Of a stretch of 62,749 nucleotides of DNA, positions 35,526 to 44,465 are shown piece after piece. How positions within the stretch are numbered: the stretch's first letter is position 1; each line of letters begins with the position of its first letter. The notes under the pieces are model-generated. The model saw nothing but the letters and a program-made list of their open reading frames with translations. It was not told where the DNA came from and ran no database searches. Origin of the DNA: Parcubacteria bacterium SG8_24 (lineage in GTDB: Bacteria; Patescibacteriota; Patescibacteriia; SG8-24); NCBI GenBank assembly GCA_001303185.1, contig LJNP01000001.1, positions 1 to 62,749 of the forward strand. The letters are read 5' to 3'. Position numbers and translations under genes: made by a program.

Positions 35526-35599
35526 TCCGGTCTGTTCGAACATCCTTGTCGCGGACGCCGCCTTATGGTACCGTCTTTTAAGCTGACCGTTAGCGTCGT

Positions 35600-36994
35600 A
35601 TGGCCGACATCGAAACCCGCCCGGAACTGATGGAGAAGATCGTCGCTCTGGCCAAGAGGCGCGGTTTTTTGTATCCCGGTTCCGAGATCTACGGCGGCGT
35701 CGGCTCGACCTACGACTACGGACCGCTTGGGGCGCTGCTCAAGATGAACGTCAAACAGGCCTGGTGGAAGTCGGTCGTGGAGCGGCGCGACGACGTCGTC
35801 GGTATCGATTCGGCGATCATCATGCATCCCAAGACCTGGGAGGCTTCGGGGCATCTGCAGGGCTTCACCGACCCCCTGGTCGACTGCAAGGGGTGCCGTA
35901 AGCGGTTCCGGGCCGATCATCTGCTGGAGGGAGAATCGGCCGGTATGCCCGGACTGAAGGAACGACCCAAGGACATCAAGGAGGTCCGCTGTCCGGAGTG
36001 CGGCGGCGAGCTTACCGACGTCCGCCAGTTCAACCTGATGTTCAAGACCTTCATGGGGCCGGTCGAAGACGAGGCTGCGGCGACTTATCTGCGTCCGGAG
36101 ACGGCCCAGGGGATATTCGTCAACTTCGCCAACGTGCTGCAGACCTCGCGGCTGAGGGTGCCTTTCGGTATCGCCCAGATGGGCAAGTCCTTCCGTAACG
36201 AGATCACGCCCGGCAATTTCATCTTCCGCACCCGCGAGTTCGAGCAGATGGAGATGGAGTATTTCGTCAAGCCGGGCACCGACGAGGAATGGTTCGAATT
36301 CTGGAAGGGCTTCATGATGGATTGGTTCGTCTCCCTCGGCGTCAAGGAAGAGAATCTCCGTTTCCAGGAGCACGACAAGGAGGAGCTGTCGCATTACTCC
36401 AAGCGCACGGTCGACCTGGAATACCGCTTCCCTTGGGGCTGGGCCGAACTCTGGGGTTGTGCCAACCGGACCGATTTCGACCTGAAGCAGCACGCCGCGC
36501 TCAGCGGCAAGGACCTGAGTTATCGCGATCCGGTCACCGGCGAGAGTTACGTGCCCTACGTAGTGGAACCGGCCTTGGGCACCGACCGGGCGGTGTTGAC
36601 TTTCCTACTCGACGCCTACGAGGAGATCGAAGGCGGCCGGACGACCACTACCGAGTCGGTCAAGGAGGTGGAAACGGTCCTGCGGCTCCATCCGGCCCTG
36701 GCTCCGGTCAAGGCGGCGATACTGCCGCTCTCGAAAAAAGAGCCGTTGGCGGCCCTGGCCCGGGAGATCCGCGACAGCCTAGCCGGACGACATTCAGTCC
36801 AGTACGACGACACCGGTTCCATCGGCCGACGCTACCGGCGTCAGGATGAGATCGGTACGCCGTACTGCATCACGGTCGATTTCGACACGCCACAGGACCG
36901 GAAAGTGACGGTCCGCGACCGCGATACCATGGAGCAGGAGCGGGTGCCGATAGACGACCTCGGGCCGATGCTCGCCGAGAAGGTCGGTATCTGA
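35600..36994 (+). CDS. glyQS: Glycine--tRNA ligase (alpha2 type)
   Basis: GFLYPGSEIYGG..STYDYGPLG and the class II motif FRNEITPGNFIFRTREFEQMEMEYF. 464 aa. Confidence 0.95.
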   Translation: MADIETRPELMEKIVALAKRRGFLYPGSEIYGGVGSTYDYGPLGALLKMNVKQAWWKSVVERRDDVVGIDSAIIMHPKTWEASGHLQGFTDPLVDCKGCRKRFRADHLLEGESAGMPGLKERPKDIKEVRCPECGGELTDVRQFNLMFKTFMGPVEDEAAATYLRPETAQGIFVNFANVLQTSRLRVPFGIAQMGKSFRNEITPGNFIFRTREFEQMEMEYFVKPGTDEEWFEFWKGFMMDWFVSLGVKEENLRFQEHDKEELSHYSKRTVDLEYRFPWGWAELWGCANRTDFDLKQHAALSGKDLSYRDPVTGESYVPYVVEPALGTDRAVLTFLLDAYEEIEGGRTTTTESVKEVETVLRLHPALAPVKAAILPLSKKEPLAALAREIRDSLAGRHSVQYDDTGSIGRRYRRQDEIGTPYCITVDFDTPQDRKVTVRDRDTMEQERVPIDDLGPMLAEKVGI

Positions 36995-37025
36995 GCGCCG
37001 ATCGGGGCCATCGCCAGTTCTGATT

Positions 37026-38309
37026 ATGTCCGTCTGCCGGAAACTCAAGATGTCCAACGGGATGCGGGCGCTGTTCGTGCCGAGCGGGGGAACCGAGGCC
37101 GTGACCCTGCTCGTTCTTTTTGAGGTCGGTTCGCGTTATGAGGCGCGGCGGACCCATGGCGCCTCGCATTACATCGAACATCTGATGTTCAAGGGCACCT
37201 CTCGCCGACCTAACACCACGGCCATCTCACGTGAACTGGATTCGGTCGGCGCCGACTACAACGCCTTCACCGGCAAGGACTATACCGGTTATTACATCAA
37301 GTTGCGGGCTGACCGCCTGACCTTGGCCGTGGACATGCTGGAGGACATGTTGTTCCATTCGCTTTTCCGCAAGGCCGACCTGGAATCGGAGCGCGAGGTG
37401 ATCATCGAGGAGATCCGCATGTATCAGGACAATCCCCTGATGCTGATCGGCGACCTGTTCGAAGAGGGCCTGTATCGCGGTTCGACGCTCGGCTGGCGCA
37501 TCGGCGGCAGCGTGGAGAGCATGCGGGCCATGAGCCGTCAGGACCTGTCGGCGTACCGCAGCCGGTATTACATACCGCAACGCACCGTGGTGGCCCTGGC
37601 CGGCCGGTTCGACGGCACTGAGGCGATCCGGCGGCTCGAGTCGAGCTTCGGCAAGAGGCGGAAGGCCCGCCGGACGGGCGGTTTCCGTCCTTTCCGTCCG
37701 GCCGGATCCCGGGGGTCGCGACTCAACCTGGAGCGGCGGGAGACCGAACAGGTCCAGCTGGCGCTGGGTTTCCCGGCGTTCTCGTTGACCGACCGCCGTC
37801 GGCCGGCGCTGATGCTGCTCAATACGATACTGGGCGGCAATATGAGTTCCCGTCTGTTCATCAAGGTCCGGGAGCGGGAGGGGCTCTGTTATCACATCCG
37901 CTCCTCGGTTTCGGCCTATCAGGATACCGGCAGCCTGGTCGTTCAGGCCGGACTGGCCAAAGACCGATTGGATGATGCTCTGCGCATCATCATGAGGGAG
38001 CTGGCCCGTATCAGGGATAAGGGCGTGGCCGCCGGGGAACTGCGGCGGGCCAAGGAATACGCCCGGGGTAAGATGGCCCTGCATCTCGAGGATTCCAGCC
38101 ATCTGGCCGATTGGTACGCCCGGCAGGAGCTGCTCCAGGGCCGGTTGGAGACGCCGGAAGAGCGGTTACGGCGGCTGGATGCCGTGTCCGCCGAGGCCGT
38201 AAGGCGGGTCGCCGGTGCTATAATCAGGAAGGACCGGCTGACCCTGGCGGCGATCGGTCCCTGCGACGACGACAAGCCACTTCTCGATCACGCTAAACTG
38301 TTAACCTGA
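37026..38309 (+). CDS. M16-family (pitrilysin-like) zinc peptidase
   Basis: Inverted zinc motif HYIEHLMFKGT (HxxEH) and two M16 halves. The start may be the internal MSNGMRALFV. Confidence 0.85.
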   Translation: MSVCRKLKMSNGMRALFVPSGGTEAVTLLVLFEVGSRYEARRTHGASHYIEHLMFKGTSRRPNTTAISRELDSVGADYNAFTGKDYTGYYIKLRADRLTLAVDMLEDMLFHSLFRKADLESEREVIIEEIRMYQDNPLMLIGDLFEEGLYRGSTLGWRIGGSVESMRAMSRQDLSAYRSRYYIPQRTVVALAGRFDGTEAIRRLESSFGKRRKARRTGGFRPFRPAGSRGSRLNLERRETEQVQLALGFPAFSLTDRRRPALMLLNTILGGNMSSRLFIKVREREGLCYHIRSSVSAYQDTGSLVVQAGLAKDRLDDALRIIMRELARIRDKGVAAGELRRAKEYARGKMALHLEDSSHLADWYARQELLQGRLETPEERLRRLDAVSAEAVRRVAGAIIRKDRLTLAAIGPCDDDKPLLDHAKLLT

Positions 38310-38313
38310 GACT

Positions 38314-39096
38314 ATGGAGATATTCGCCATCGCTAACTGGAAGATGCAGCTCAATGAGGCTGAGAGCATGAGCCTGGCCAAGGAAGTGGTCCGCCTGTGG
38401 GCCGGTCAGGGTGCCGAGGTATCGGAATTGAAAGTCGTTCTCTGCCCTTCGCACGTGTCGCTCAACGAGGTCAGCGAGGCGATACATGGCACGCCGATCG
38501 AACTCGGCGCCCAGGACGTCTTCTGGGAGGACCGCGGCGCCTTCACCGGCGAGGTCTCGCCGGTGACGCTCAAGGAGCGGGGTTGCCGTTATTGCATCGT
38601 CGGCCATTCCGAGAGGCGGCAATACCTGAGCGAGACCGACGAGATGGTGCGCCACAAGGTGGCGGCCCTGATGAGACACGACATCAATCCCGTACTCTGC
38701 GTCGGCGAGACCTTCGAGGAGCGGGAGGCGGGACGGCGCGATGCGGTGGTGATCGGTCAGGTGCGGGCCGCCCTTGAGGATATCCGGCCGGTCGGCAACC
38801 AGCGCCTGATCATAGCCTACGAGCCGCGTTGGGTGATCGGTACCGGCACGGCGGTCCAGCCGGATGACGCCGCGTCCATGCACTACCTGATAAACGAGAC
38901 GCTGCGCGAGCTCTATCCCGAGGACGTGGTGGAGCGGCAGTGTGCCGTGATTTACGGCGGTTCCGTCGATTCCGGGAACGTCAAGGATTTCATCGCCTCT
39001 CCGGTTATCCAGGGTGTGCTGGTCGGCGGCGCGGCGCTCAAGGCGGCGGAGTTCGTCAGGATGCTCGAGGTGGCGGCGGACGCCTCCCGGGCCTGA
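38314..39096 (+). CDS. tpiA: Triosephosphate isomerase
   Basis: ANWKM, VGHSERR, IAYEPRWVIGTG and YGGSV. Confidence 0.95.
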   Translation: MEIFAIANWKMQLNEAESMSLAKEVVRLWAGQGAEVSELKVVLCPSHVSLNEVSEAIHGTPIELGAQDVFWEDRGAFTGEVSPVTLKERGCRYCIVGHSERRQYLSETDEMVRHKVAALMRHDINPVLCVGETFEEREAGRRDAVVIGQVRAALEDIRPVGNQRLIIAYEPRWVIGTGTAVQPDDAASMHYLINETLRELYPEDVVERQCAVIYGGSVDSGNVKDFIASPVIQGVLVGGAALKAAEFVRMLEVAADASRA

Positions 39097-39100
39097 ACCT

Positions 39101-39991
39101 ATGTTCTATTACGGCATCTTTTTCCTGATCATCGTCTTGAGTGCGGTCGCCTTGGGTTATATCATCGGACGTAAGCTGCCGCAGTTGACGCTGATCGACA
39201 CCGAGTCGTTGCCGAGCGAGCGCGAGGCCGAGAAGAAGAAGGAACTGATGCGTCGGCGCGTCGATCGGGCAGCCCAGGAGAAGGCCAGGAGGATGTGGTC
39301 CTCGATCGTGCCTTATCTGGAGCGTCTGCGGGAAAGGTTCCGGAGGCTCTACCGGAAGGTGGCTACGCTCGATCAGCAGTTCCGGCGGGAGCGTCAGCTG
39401 ACGCCGGAACTGCTGCAGGAAAAGGTCGATAAGCTGGTAGTCAGGGCGGAGGAACTGGCGGCGGAAGGACGCCATCAGGACGCTGAGAAGGCTTATATCG
39501 AGGCGGTCAGTCTCGACCGGAAAAGCGTCGCCGCTTACCGCGGACTGGGCGAGCTCTATCTCACCATGAAGCGCTACAAGCAGGCCCGTGAGACCTTCGC
39601 TTTCCTGGTGAAGATGAGCCTCCTCAAGCACTGTCAGGCGACGGGCAGCGTCCGCGATGTCGACCGGATCGATCCCGGGACCTGTGACCTTTCCGAGGTC
39701 AAGGCCGCCGAGATAGCCGGCAATTACACCAGACTTGGGAGGGCCTGCCGCTCCGGAGACGACCTTAAGGCGGCCAAGGTCGCCTTCCGGAAGGCGACGC
39801 AGTTCGAGTCGGCCAACCCGCGACACCTTGATTTACTGATCGAGACCTGTATACTGGAAGGCGATCGTCAGGGGGCCAGTGACGCTTTGGAGCGTCTGAA
39901 GGAGGTCAACCCGGAGAACCAGAAAATCGCCGGATTCGCCGAGGACATAGCGTCGCTCCAGGAGGAGTCGAAACGTCCGGTCAGGTCCTGA
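39101..39991 (+). CDS. N-terminally membrane-anchored TPR-like repeat protein
   Basis: Internal start MFYYGIFFLIIVLSAVALGYII (TM). TPR-like helices follow (AEKAYIEAVSLDRKSVAAYRGLGELYLTMKRYKQARETF). Confidence 0.7.
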   Translation: MFYYGIFFLIIVLSAVALGYIIGRKLPQLTLIDTESLPSEREAEKKKELMRRRVDRAAQEKARRMWSSIVPYLERLRERFRRLYRKVATLDQQFRRERQLTPELLQEKVDKLVVRAEELAAEGRHQDAEKAYIEAVSLDRKSVAAYRGLGELYLTMKRYKQARETFAFLVKMSLLKHCQATGSVRDVDRIDPGTCDLSEVKAAEIAGNYTRLGRACRSGDDLKAAKVAFRKATQFESANPRHLDLLIETCILEGDRQGASDALERLKEVNPENQKIAGFAEDIASLQEESKRPVRS

Positions 39992-40007
39992 AGGCGGTCA
40001 GAGTCAC

Positions 40008-40083
40008 GCCGACGTAGCTCAGCTGGTAGAGCAACTCCATGGTAAGGAGTAGGTCACCGGTTCGATCCCGGTCGTCGGCTCCA
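40008..40083 (+). tRNA. tRNA-Thr (anticodon GGU), CCA encoded
   Basis: Acceptor GCCGACG/CGTCGGC, anticodon stem ACTCC/GGAGT with loop ATGGTAA, T arm ACCGG-TTCGATC-CCGGT. Confidence 0.93.
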
Positions 40084-40163
40084 CCCCCCAGCGCTTCGAT
40101 TCATCTGGAGCCTTGGGGGGTGTCTCATCCGACCAGATCGGTTTGAGGCGTTCGTTCCAACAA

Positions 40164-40248
40164 GGGCAGGTTCCGGAGCGGTCAAACGGGGCAGACTGTA
40201 AATCTGCTGGCTTCGCCTTCCCAGGTTCGAATCCTGGCCTGCCCACCA
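40164..40248 (+). tRNA. tRNA-Tyr (anticodon GUA), long variable arm, CCA encoded
   Basis: Acceptor GGGCAGG/CCTGCCC, anticodon loop CTGTAAA, a 13-nt variable arm, T arm CCAGG-TTCGAAT-CCTGG. Confidence 0.93.
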
Positions 40249-40249
40249 T

Positions 40250-40325
40250 GCCGACGTAGCTCAGCTGGTAGAGCGGCGCTTTTGTAAAGCGTTGGTCGTG
40301 GGTTCGAGTCCCTCCGTCGGCTCCA
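40250..40325 (+). tRNA. tRNA-Thr (anticodon UGU), CCA encoded
   Basis: Acceptor GCCGACG/CGTCGGC, anticodon stem GCGCT/AGCGT with loop TTTGTAA. The T arm has one U-U mismatch. It starts 1 nt after tRNA-Tyr. Confidence 0.88.
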
Positions 40326-40397
40326 TTCGCGTCGAGACTGGACATCCCACCCCGGATGGTATAGGCTCCCGATGTCCAGGATAGAACGAAGAAAAGT

Positions 40398-40553
40398 ATG
40401 TCACAGGATAATCTCATCAAACTGGAATGCACCGAATGCAAGCGGGTGAATTACCATTCGCATAAGAACAAGAAGACGCTCAAGGCAAGGCTGGAGATGA
40501 AGAAGTTCTGCAAGTGGTGCAAGAAGCATACTATGCATAAGGAGACCAAATAG
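40398..40553 (+). CDS. rpmG: 50S ribosomal protein L33
   Basis: Manual translation gives [51 protein letters not shown] (CxxC...CxxC zinc ribbon, 51 aa). It is below the ORF-track cutoff. Confidence 0.9.
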   Translation: MSQDNLIKLECTECKRVNYHSHKNKKTLKARLEMKKFCKWCKKHTMHKETK

Positions 40554-40655
40554 GGCTCCTGGTCATGGTGTGCTAGAAACGGCGGCCGTGAGGCCGCGTT
40601 TGCTTATAGGCCCGGTGGACAAGGTGCCGGTTTCCGGTTATCATCAGACAGGCAT

Positions 40656-40729
40656 GGGGGCGTAGTTAAATGGTATAACTGCGGTCTCCAAAACCGCTGT
40701 CGGGGGTTCGATTCCCTCCGCCCCTGCCA
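40656..40729 (+). tRNA. tRNA-Trp (anticodon CCA), CCA end encoded
   Basis: Acceptor GGGGGCG/CGCCCCT (G1-U72 wobble), anticodon stem GCGGT/ACCGC with loop CTCCAAA, T arm GGGGG-TTCGATT-CCCTC. Confidence 0.9.
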
Positions 40730-40736
40730 CCATGAA

Positions 40737-40764
40737 AAAACAGTCGTGAAAGCGGCTGTTTTTT
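40737..40764 (+). terminator. Rho-independent terminator after tRNA-Trp
   Basis: Stem AAAACAGTCG/CGGCTGTTTT with loop TGAAAG and a trailing T run. Confidence 0.8.
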
Positions 40765-40844
40765 CGTCTATGCAGCCGTTTTCGTCGAGTTCTAACCTTT
40801 CTTCCGCCTTTTTTGGTATATTGAACCGGTAATACCTATAGAAA

Positions 40845-42509
40845 ATGCCTATGAGGAAAATTATGTATTCGTTGGTCGCGGCCGCAGTAGTCATGGCGGG
40901 CGGTGCCGCCCTGGCGACAACGGTCGACACCTATATTGAGCCGCCGGACAAGTGGGGTGGACCGACCGGACAGGTGGAGATGGTCGAGGCACACTGTCAC
41001 CGGTTCAAGTTCATGGGCGGACATGCCATAGCCAACATCGAAGCGGCGCACGAAGTGCTCGATGCGGAGCTCAAGACCTTCGACGTGCTGGGAATGAACG
41101 TTCGGTTGTCGGATTACGCCGATAATGCAGACAGCCTACGTGACATCATCGACGATTCCTGCATCGAACCAACGCTCGATCAGGCGAAGTGGCACCACGC
41201 GGTGTTCCGTGCCGAGGCCGAAAGGATCCGTAATCAGTTTGCCGGGTTGCAGGACCTGATTAAGGGTGATCTGGAGAGTTACATCGTCGACCATCAGGAA
41301 CAGATTCGCGTCGCGTACGAGGAGGAATTAAGAAAAGAGGTCGAAGACCTGGAAAGCGAAGCATATGCCAGGCTTGAGGCACAGTTGCGGGCTGAGGCCG
41401 AATCCCGGAAGGCCGAGATGATGGACCGGATCCAGAAGCAGGTCGAAGCGGAACTCATCGCGGAGTACGGCGGGCAGGAAGATCCGGACATCCCGTACTT
41501 GAGGCAGCTCGGCGAACAGCGTGGGAGGGCAAGGGGAGAGGCCGAAGCGGCTTCGATCGAAGCAGAACTGCGTGCCAAGTACGACAAGCTGGCCGGGACC
41601 GAGGTGGAGAAGCTGAAGGCGGCCGCCGAAGAGAAGGCCAAGGAGAAGGAGGCTGAGATGAGGGAGATGATGACCGGCCTCTACGGCGTCGGAGACCGGA
41701 TTAACGAGGCGACTGAGCGGAAGTTCGCGGAAGAGTGGGCTGCTTATGAGGATTCAGCCGACGAGATTGGCCAGCAGGTCTACAAGGCGTTCGTCGAAGA
41801 GGAGTTCGCTAGAGCGCGCAACCTAATAGAGGCAGAATCCGGCCTGGTGGAGCAGGTGCCACAGGAGATACGCGACAGGTACGGGCTACGGACTACAAAG
41901 GACCTGCTCGATGAATTGGATGCCGACAAGGCCGAGGTTCTGGCCACGCTCGCCAACGTGACCGACATTGCGGACACCGATACCGAGGCGTTCCGTGAGC
42001 AGTTCTCCAAGAAGTGGACCGATCTGCGCGAAAAGTTCGACTACCTGAAGGCGCGGTCGGCCTCTATTGTCATGCGGCGTATTGAACAGGCGCTGGAGCG
42101 CGAGCCTGGCGCATCTTCCGGCCGGGTCGAGAATTACATGGCCAGCACCAGGAAAGCGATGCTTGACCGCAAGGCCAAACTGGATTACGCCGGTGTCAAG
42201 TGTTCGACCGACTCCGATTATGCCGTCGCGAACTGTGCCATGTGCAACAGCCTGATCGAGTACAGGGATATGGCTGACTACGGCATGCGGGTCGTCAGTA
42301 AGATCGACGAATGCACCGGTATCCTGTCTGAATTCGGCGACAAGAGGGCTATGGCGGACGCCGGGGCGCTGTCGGTCGAACAGGCCATGGAGTACAGCAG
42401 GCGCGTCGAGGCCTGTCTGACCGGGTTGCGCGCCATGCACGATCCGTACGTCGAGTACAAGGCGCTTTATGACAACAGCTGGGAGAATCAGCAGAAGTCC
42501 TGCCGCTAA
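40845..42509 (+). CDS. Secreted coiled-coil protein with Cys-containing C-terminal region
   Basis: Signal-like N-terminus YSLVAAAVVMAGGAALA, a long Glu/Ala/Lys-rich helical core and six Cys residues in the last ~150 aa. Confidence 0.75.
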   Translation: MPMRKIMYSLVAAAVVMAGGAALATTVDTYIEPPDKWGGPTGQVEMVEAHCHRFKFMGGHAIANIEAAHEVLDAELKTFDVLGMNVRLSDYADNADSLRDIIDDSCIEPTLDQAKWHHAVFRAEAERIRNQFAGLQDLIKGDLESYIVDHQEQIRVAYEEELRKEVEDLESEAYARLEAQLRAEAESRKAEMMDRIQKQVEAELIAEYGGQEDPDIPYLRQLGEQRGRARGEAEAASIEAELRAKYDKLAGTEVEKLKAAAEEKAKEKEAEMREMMTGLYGVGDRINEATERKFAEEWAAYEDSADEIGQQVYKAFVEEEFARARNLIEAESGLVEQVPQEIRDRYGLRTTKDLLDELDADKAEVLATLANVTDIADTDTEAFREQFSKKWTDLREKFDYLKARSASIVMRRIEQALEREPGASSGRVENYMASTRKAMLDRKAKLDYAGVKCSTDSDYAVANCAMCNSLIEYRDMADYGMRVVSKIDECTGILSEFGDKRAMADAGALSVEQAMEYSRRVEACLTGLRAMHDPYVEYKALYDNSWENQQKSCR

Positions 42510-42514
42510 CGCAT

Positions 42515-43144
42515 ATGATTATGAAGAACGAAAACAGGGGAATCACGTCATTGGTCATCGCGATCATCATCGGCGTCGTCGTGGCGGCAGCTGGAGTCGG
42601 CGGTTACTTCGGCTGGAGGGTTTATAAGGCGAAGAAGGCCGAGACGTTCTCGGTCGTCACCGAAGACGGATCATTGGAGTGGGCCGATGAGTTCGGCAGT
42701 CTGGATTTTTCGGTCTCCGGTCTGGGTGCCGCGGACGTCCCTGACCTGGCGCTCTCCGGGGACCTGGATTTCGCCTTGCCGGATATCGACCTGTCCGGGT
42801 TGTCGGGGGTCGACTTGGATCTGACCGCGCCCGATGTCGGTATTACCGCTCCGGAGCCTGATCTTGGGACGTTAACCTTCGACCTCACGGGGTTGTCGGC
42901 GTTGACCGAGCAGGCCGGTCCGCCATCGGGCGCCGGTCCGCCGGCTGATGTCTCGACGGTAGAGGATGAACCGACCGGGGAGCCTCCCGCCGAGGAACCA
43001 TCGTCCGAACCGTCGCCCGAGTCACAGGCTAATGCCGGTAACTGCGCGCCGTTCGCAGCGATGCCGTCGGCATCGTATTGTTCGCAGGTGGGTGATCCGA
43101 ACGGGCGGGAATTGTGTGAGGACTGCAAGGCGGCAGGGTACTAG
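42515..43144 (+). CDS. Membrane-anchored low-complexity acidic protein
   Basis: TM helix ITSLVIAIIIGVVVAAAGVGGYF. Repetitive DL/PD-rich middle. C-terminal Cys cluster CAPF...YCSQ...CEDC. Confidence 0.7.
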   Translation: MIMKNENRGITSLVIAIIIGVVVAAAGVGGYFGWRVYKAKKAETFSVVTEDGSLEWADEFGSLDFSVSGLGAADVPDLALSGDLDFALPDIDLSGLSGVDLDLTAPDVGITAPEPDLGTLTFDLTGLSALTEQAGPPSGAGPPADVSTVEDEPTGEPPAEEPSSEPSPESQANAGNCAPFAAMPSASYCSQVGDPNGRELCEDCKAAGY

Positions 43145-43200
43145 TTTTCATTACCAGCTGAGACACAAGAGTAGTTCCAACAACGCCCACGAGCCCTTGC

Positions 43201-43251
43201 CACAAAATCTGGCCACCATTCGGTAGCCAGATTTTGTGTGTTGTGACCGCG
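43201..43251 (+). repeat. Hairpin plus TGTTGTGACCG motif, copy 1 (probable terminator)
   Basis: A 13-bp stem CACAAAATCTGGC/GCCAGATTTTGTG (43201-43213 / 43226-43238), directly followed by TGTTGTGACCG. Confidence 0.7.
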
Positions 43252-43326
43252 AAGAGTGGACTGTTCTCGCCACGAAGAGGCGACTCTCCTTGTGATGACC
43301 GCCTTCCCGTGTTAGAGTGCCCGTCT

Positions 43327-43662
43327 ATGAAAAAGATCTCCTGGCAAGATTTCGAGGATGTCGAGCTCCGCGTCGGCACGATTCTGGAAGTAGAGAATTT
43401 TCTTGGGGCGAAGATTCCCGCCTACAAGGTCATGGTTGATTTCGGGGAATATGGCATCAAACGATCGAGTGCGCGGATCACCGACCTGTACACGTCTGAT
43501 GGGCTGGTCGGGAAACAGGTCATCGGCGTTATCAATTTCGCCCCGAAAAAGGTAGGGCCGTTCATTTCCGAAGTGTTGATCACCGGTTTCTATCGGGAAG
43601 ACGGTCGGGTGGTCTTGGCCGTGCCGGACAAGCCTGTAAAGAACGGTTCTAAGCTCGGATAG
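43327..43662 (+). CDS. tRNA-binding domain protein (CsaA/Trbp111-like)
   Basis: Internal start MKKISWQDFEDVELRVGTILEVENF...AYKVMVDFG...GKQVIGVINFAPKK, the OB-fold tRNA_bind signature. Confidence 0.85.
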   Translation: MKKISWQDFEDVELRVGTILEVENFLGAKIPAYKVMVDFGEYGIKRSSARITDLYTSDGLVGKQVIGVINFAPKKVGPFISEVLITGFYREDGRVVLAVPDKPVKNGSKLG

Positions 43663-43852
43663 ACGTCAGAGTTCCGACGATATCCCCGAATCTCTGCTAG
43701 ATACGGCCGATACGCCTTATGGGTGTCGGCCGGATTTGATTTGGGATGGATAAGGAATCGAACGGGCGCGAGAGGACGCGAGCTGGCGCAGCGTCCGGTG
43801 CGTAGCGCCCCGGAGCCCGGGCGGAGCGAGGGACGATTACCTCCGTCCCTGC

Positions 43853-43899
43853 CAGAAAACGGCATCCCTTTGGGGAGGCCGTTTTCTGTGTTGTGACCG
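43853..43899 (+). repeat. Hairpin plus TGTTGTGACCG motif, copy 2 (probable terminator)
   Basis: An 11-bp stem CAGAAAACGGC/GCCGTTTTCTG (43853-43863 / 43878-43888), directly followed by the same 11-mer TGTTGTGACCG. Confidence 0.7.
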
Positions 43900-43976
43900 G
43901 GAGGGGGAAACGAACGGGAACAAGGTCTCACCTGTCGGCATTGGTCACAGACCGCCATTTATTTTGGACGGCACTG

Positions 43977-43985
43977 TGCTATAAT
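43977..43985 (+). promoter_or_regulatory. Extended -10 promoter element (TGcTATAAT)
   Basis: A perfect TATAAT at 43980-43985 preceded by TGn, about 50 nt upstream of CDS 44036. Confidence 0.4.
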
Positions 43986-44035
43986 GTGCGTCAGCCCGAT
44001 CTAATCAATATCATAAGTCTATACTCGAACATCAT

Positions 44036-44377
44036 ATGGAAGTGCTTTCAGCCGGAGAGAAGGTCCACATCATCGAAAGGCGGGTTTTCGCCGGTCAGCC
44101 GCGCCGTCATTTCATAGGTGAGATCAAGGTAGCCACCCCTCACGCCATCAGGATCAGTGGTTATGCCTGGCTCTATGACATCAAGAGCGGCACGTATGTA
44201 AGGCGGCCGGGATTGCGGCTGCGCGTCATTTACCTGGGTGCGGGAATGATCATCAACCTCATCCCTCAAGAGGTCGATATCGATTCCATCCGATATACCA
44301 AGGACGAGTCCGGTATCGCGCGCATCACCGACGGCAAGGAATATGGACTGGATCTCAATGAATTGATAACCGACTGA
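44036..44377 (+). CDS. Hypothetical protein (113 aa)
   Basis: Beta-rich, protein-like sequence. No confident motif was found. Confidence 0.6.
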   Translation: MEVLSAGEKVHIIERRVFAGQPRRHFIGEIKVATPHAIRISGYAWLYDIKSGTYVRRPGLRLRVIYLGAGMIINLIPQEVDIDSIRYTKDESGIARITDGKEYGLDLNELITD

Positions 44378-44465
44378 GGACCTTGATGTTTGTCGCGAAC
44401 CCCCGCCGGATATTGAATCGATATCAGACGAATCCCGACTTGAACGGTAAACACCGACGACATCT

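Noticed and set aside
35564-35572. A second TATGGTACC, identical to the -10 region of the 34606 promoter, as the glyQS promoter.
   Set aside because: No acceptable -35 hexamer lies at 16-18 nt spacing. It is noted but not called.
43741-43852. tRNA-like fragment (GGAATCGAAC on the plus strand, and a ...CCGTCCCTGCCA ending that resembles a tRNA 3' end).
   Set aside because: No cloverleaf can be drawn on either strand. The T-stem complements and the acceptor 5' strand are missing.
44036-44377. Possible PilZ (c-di-GMP receptor) domain, because of ERRVFAGQPRRH and IRISGYA.
   Set aside because: Neither the RxxxR nor the (D/N)xSxxG motif is actually satisfied. The resemblance is superficial.
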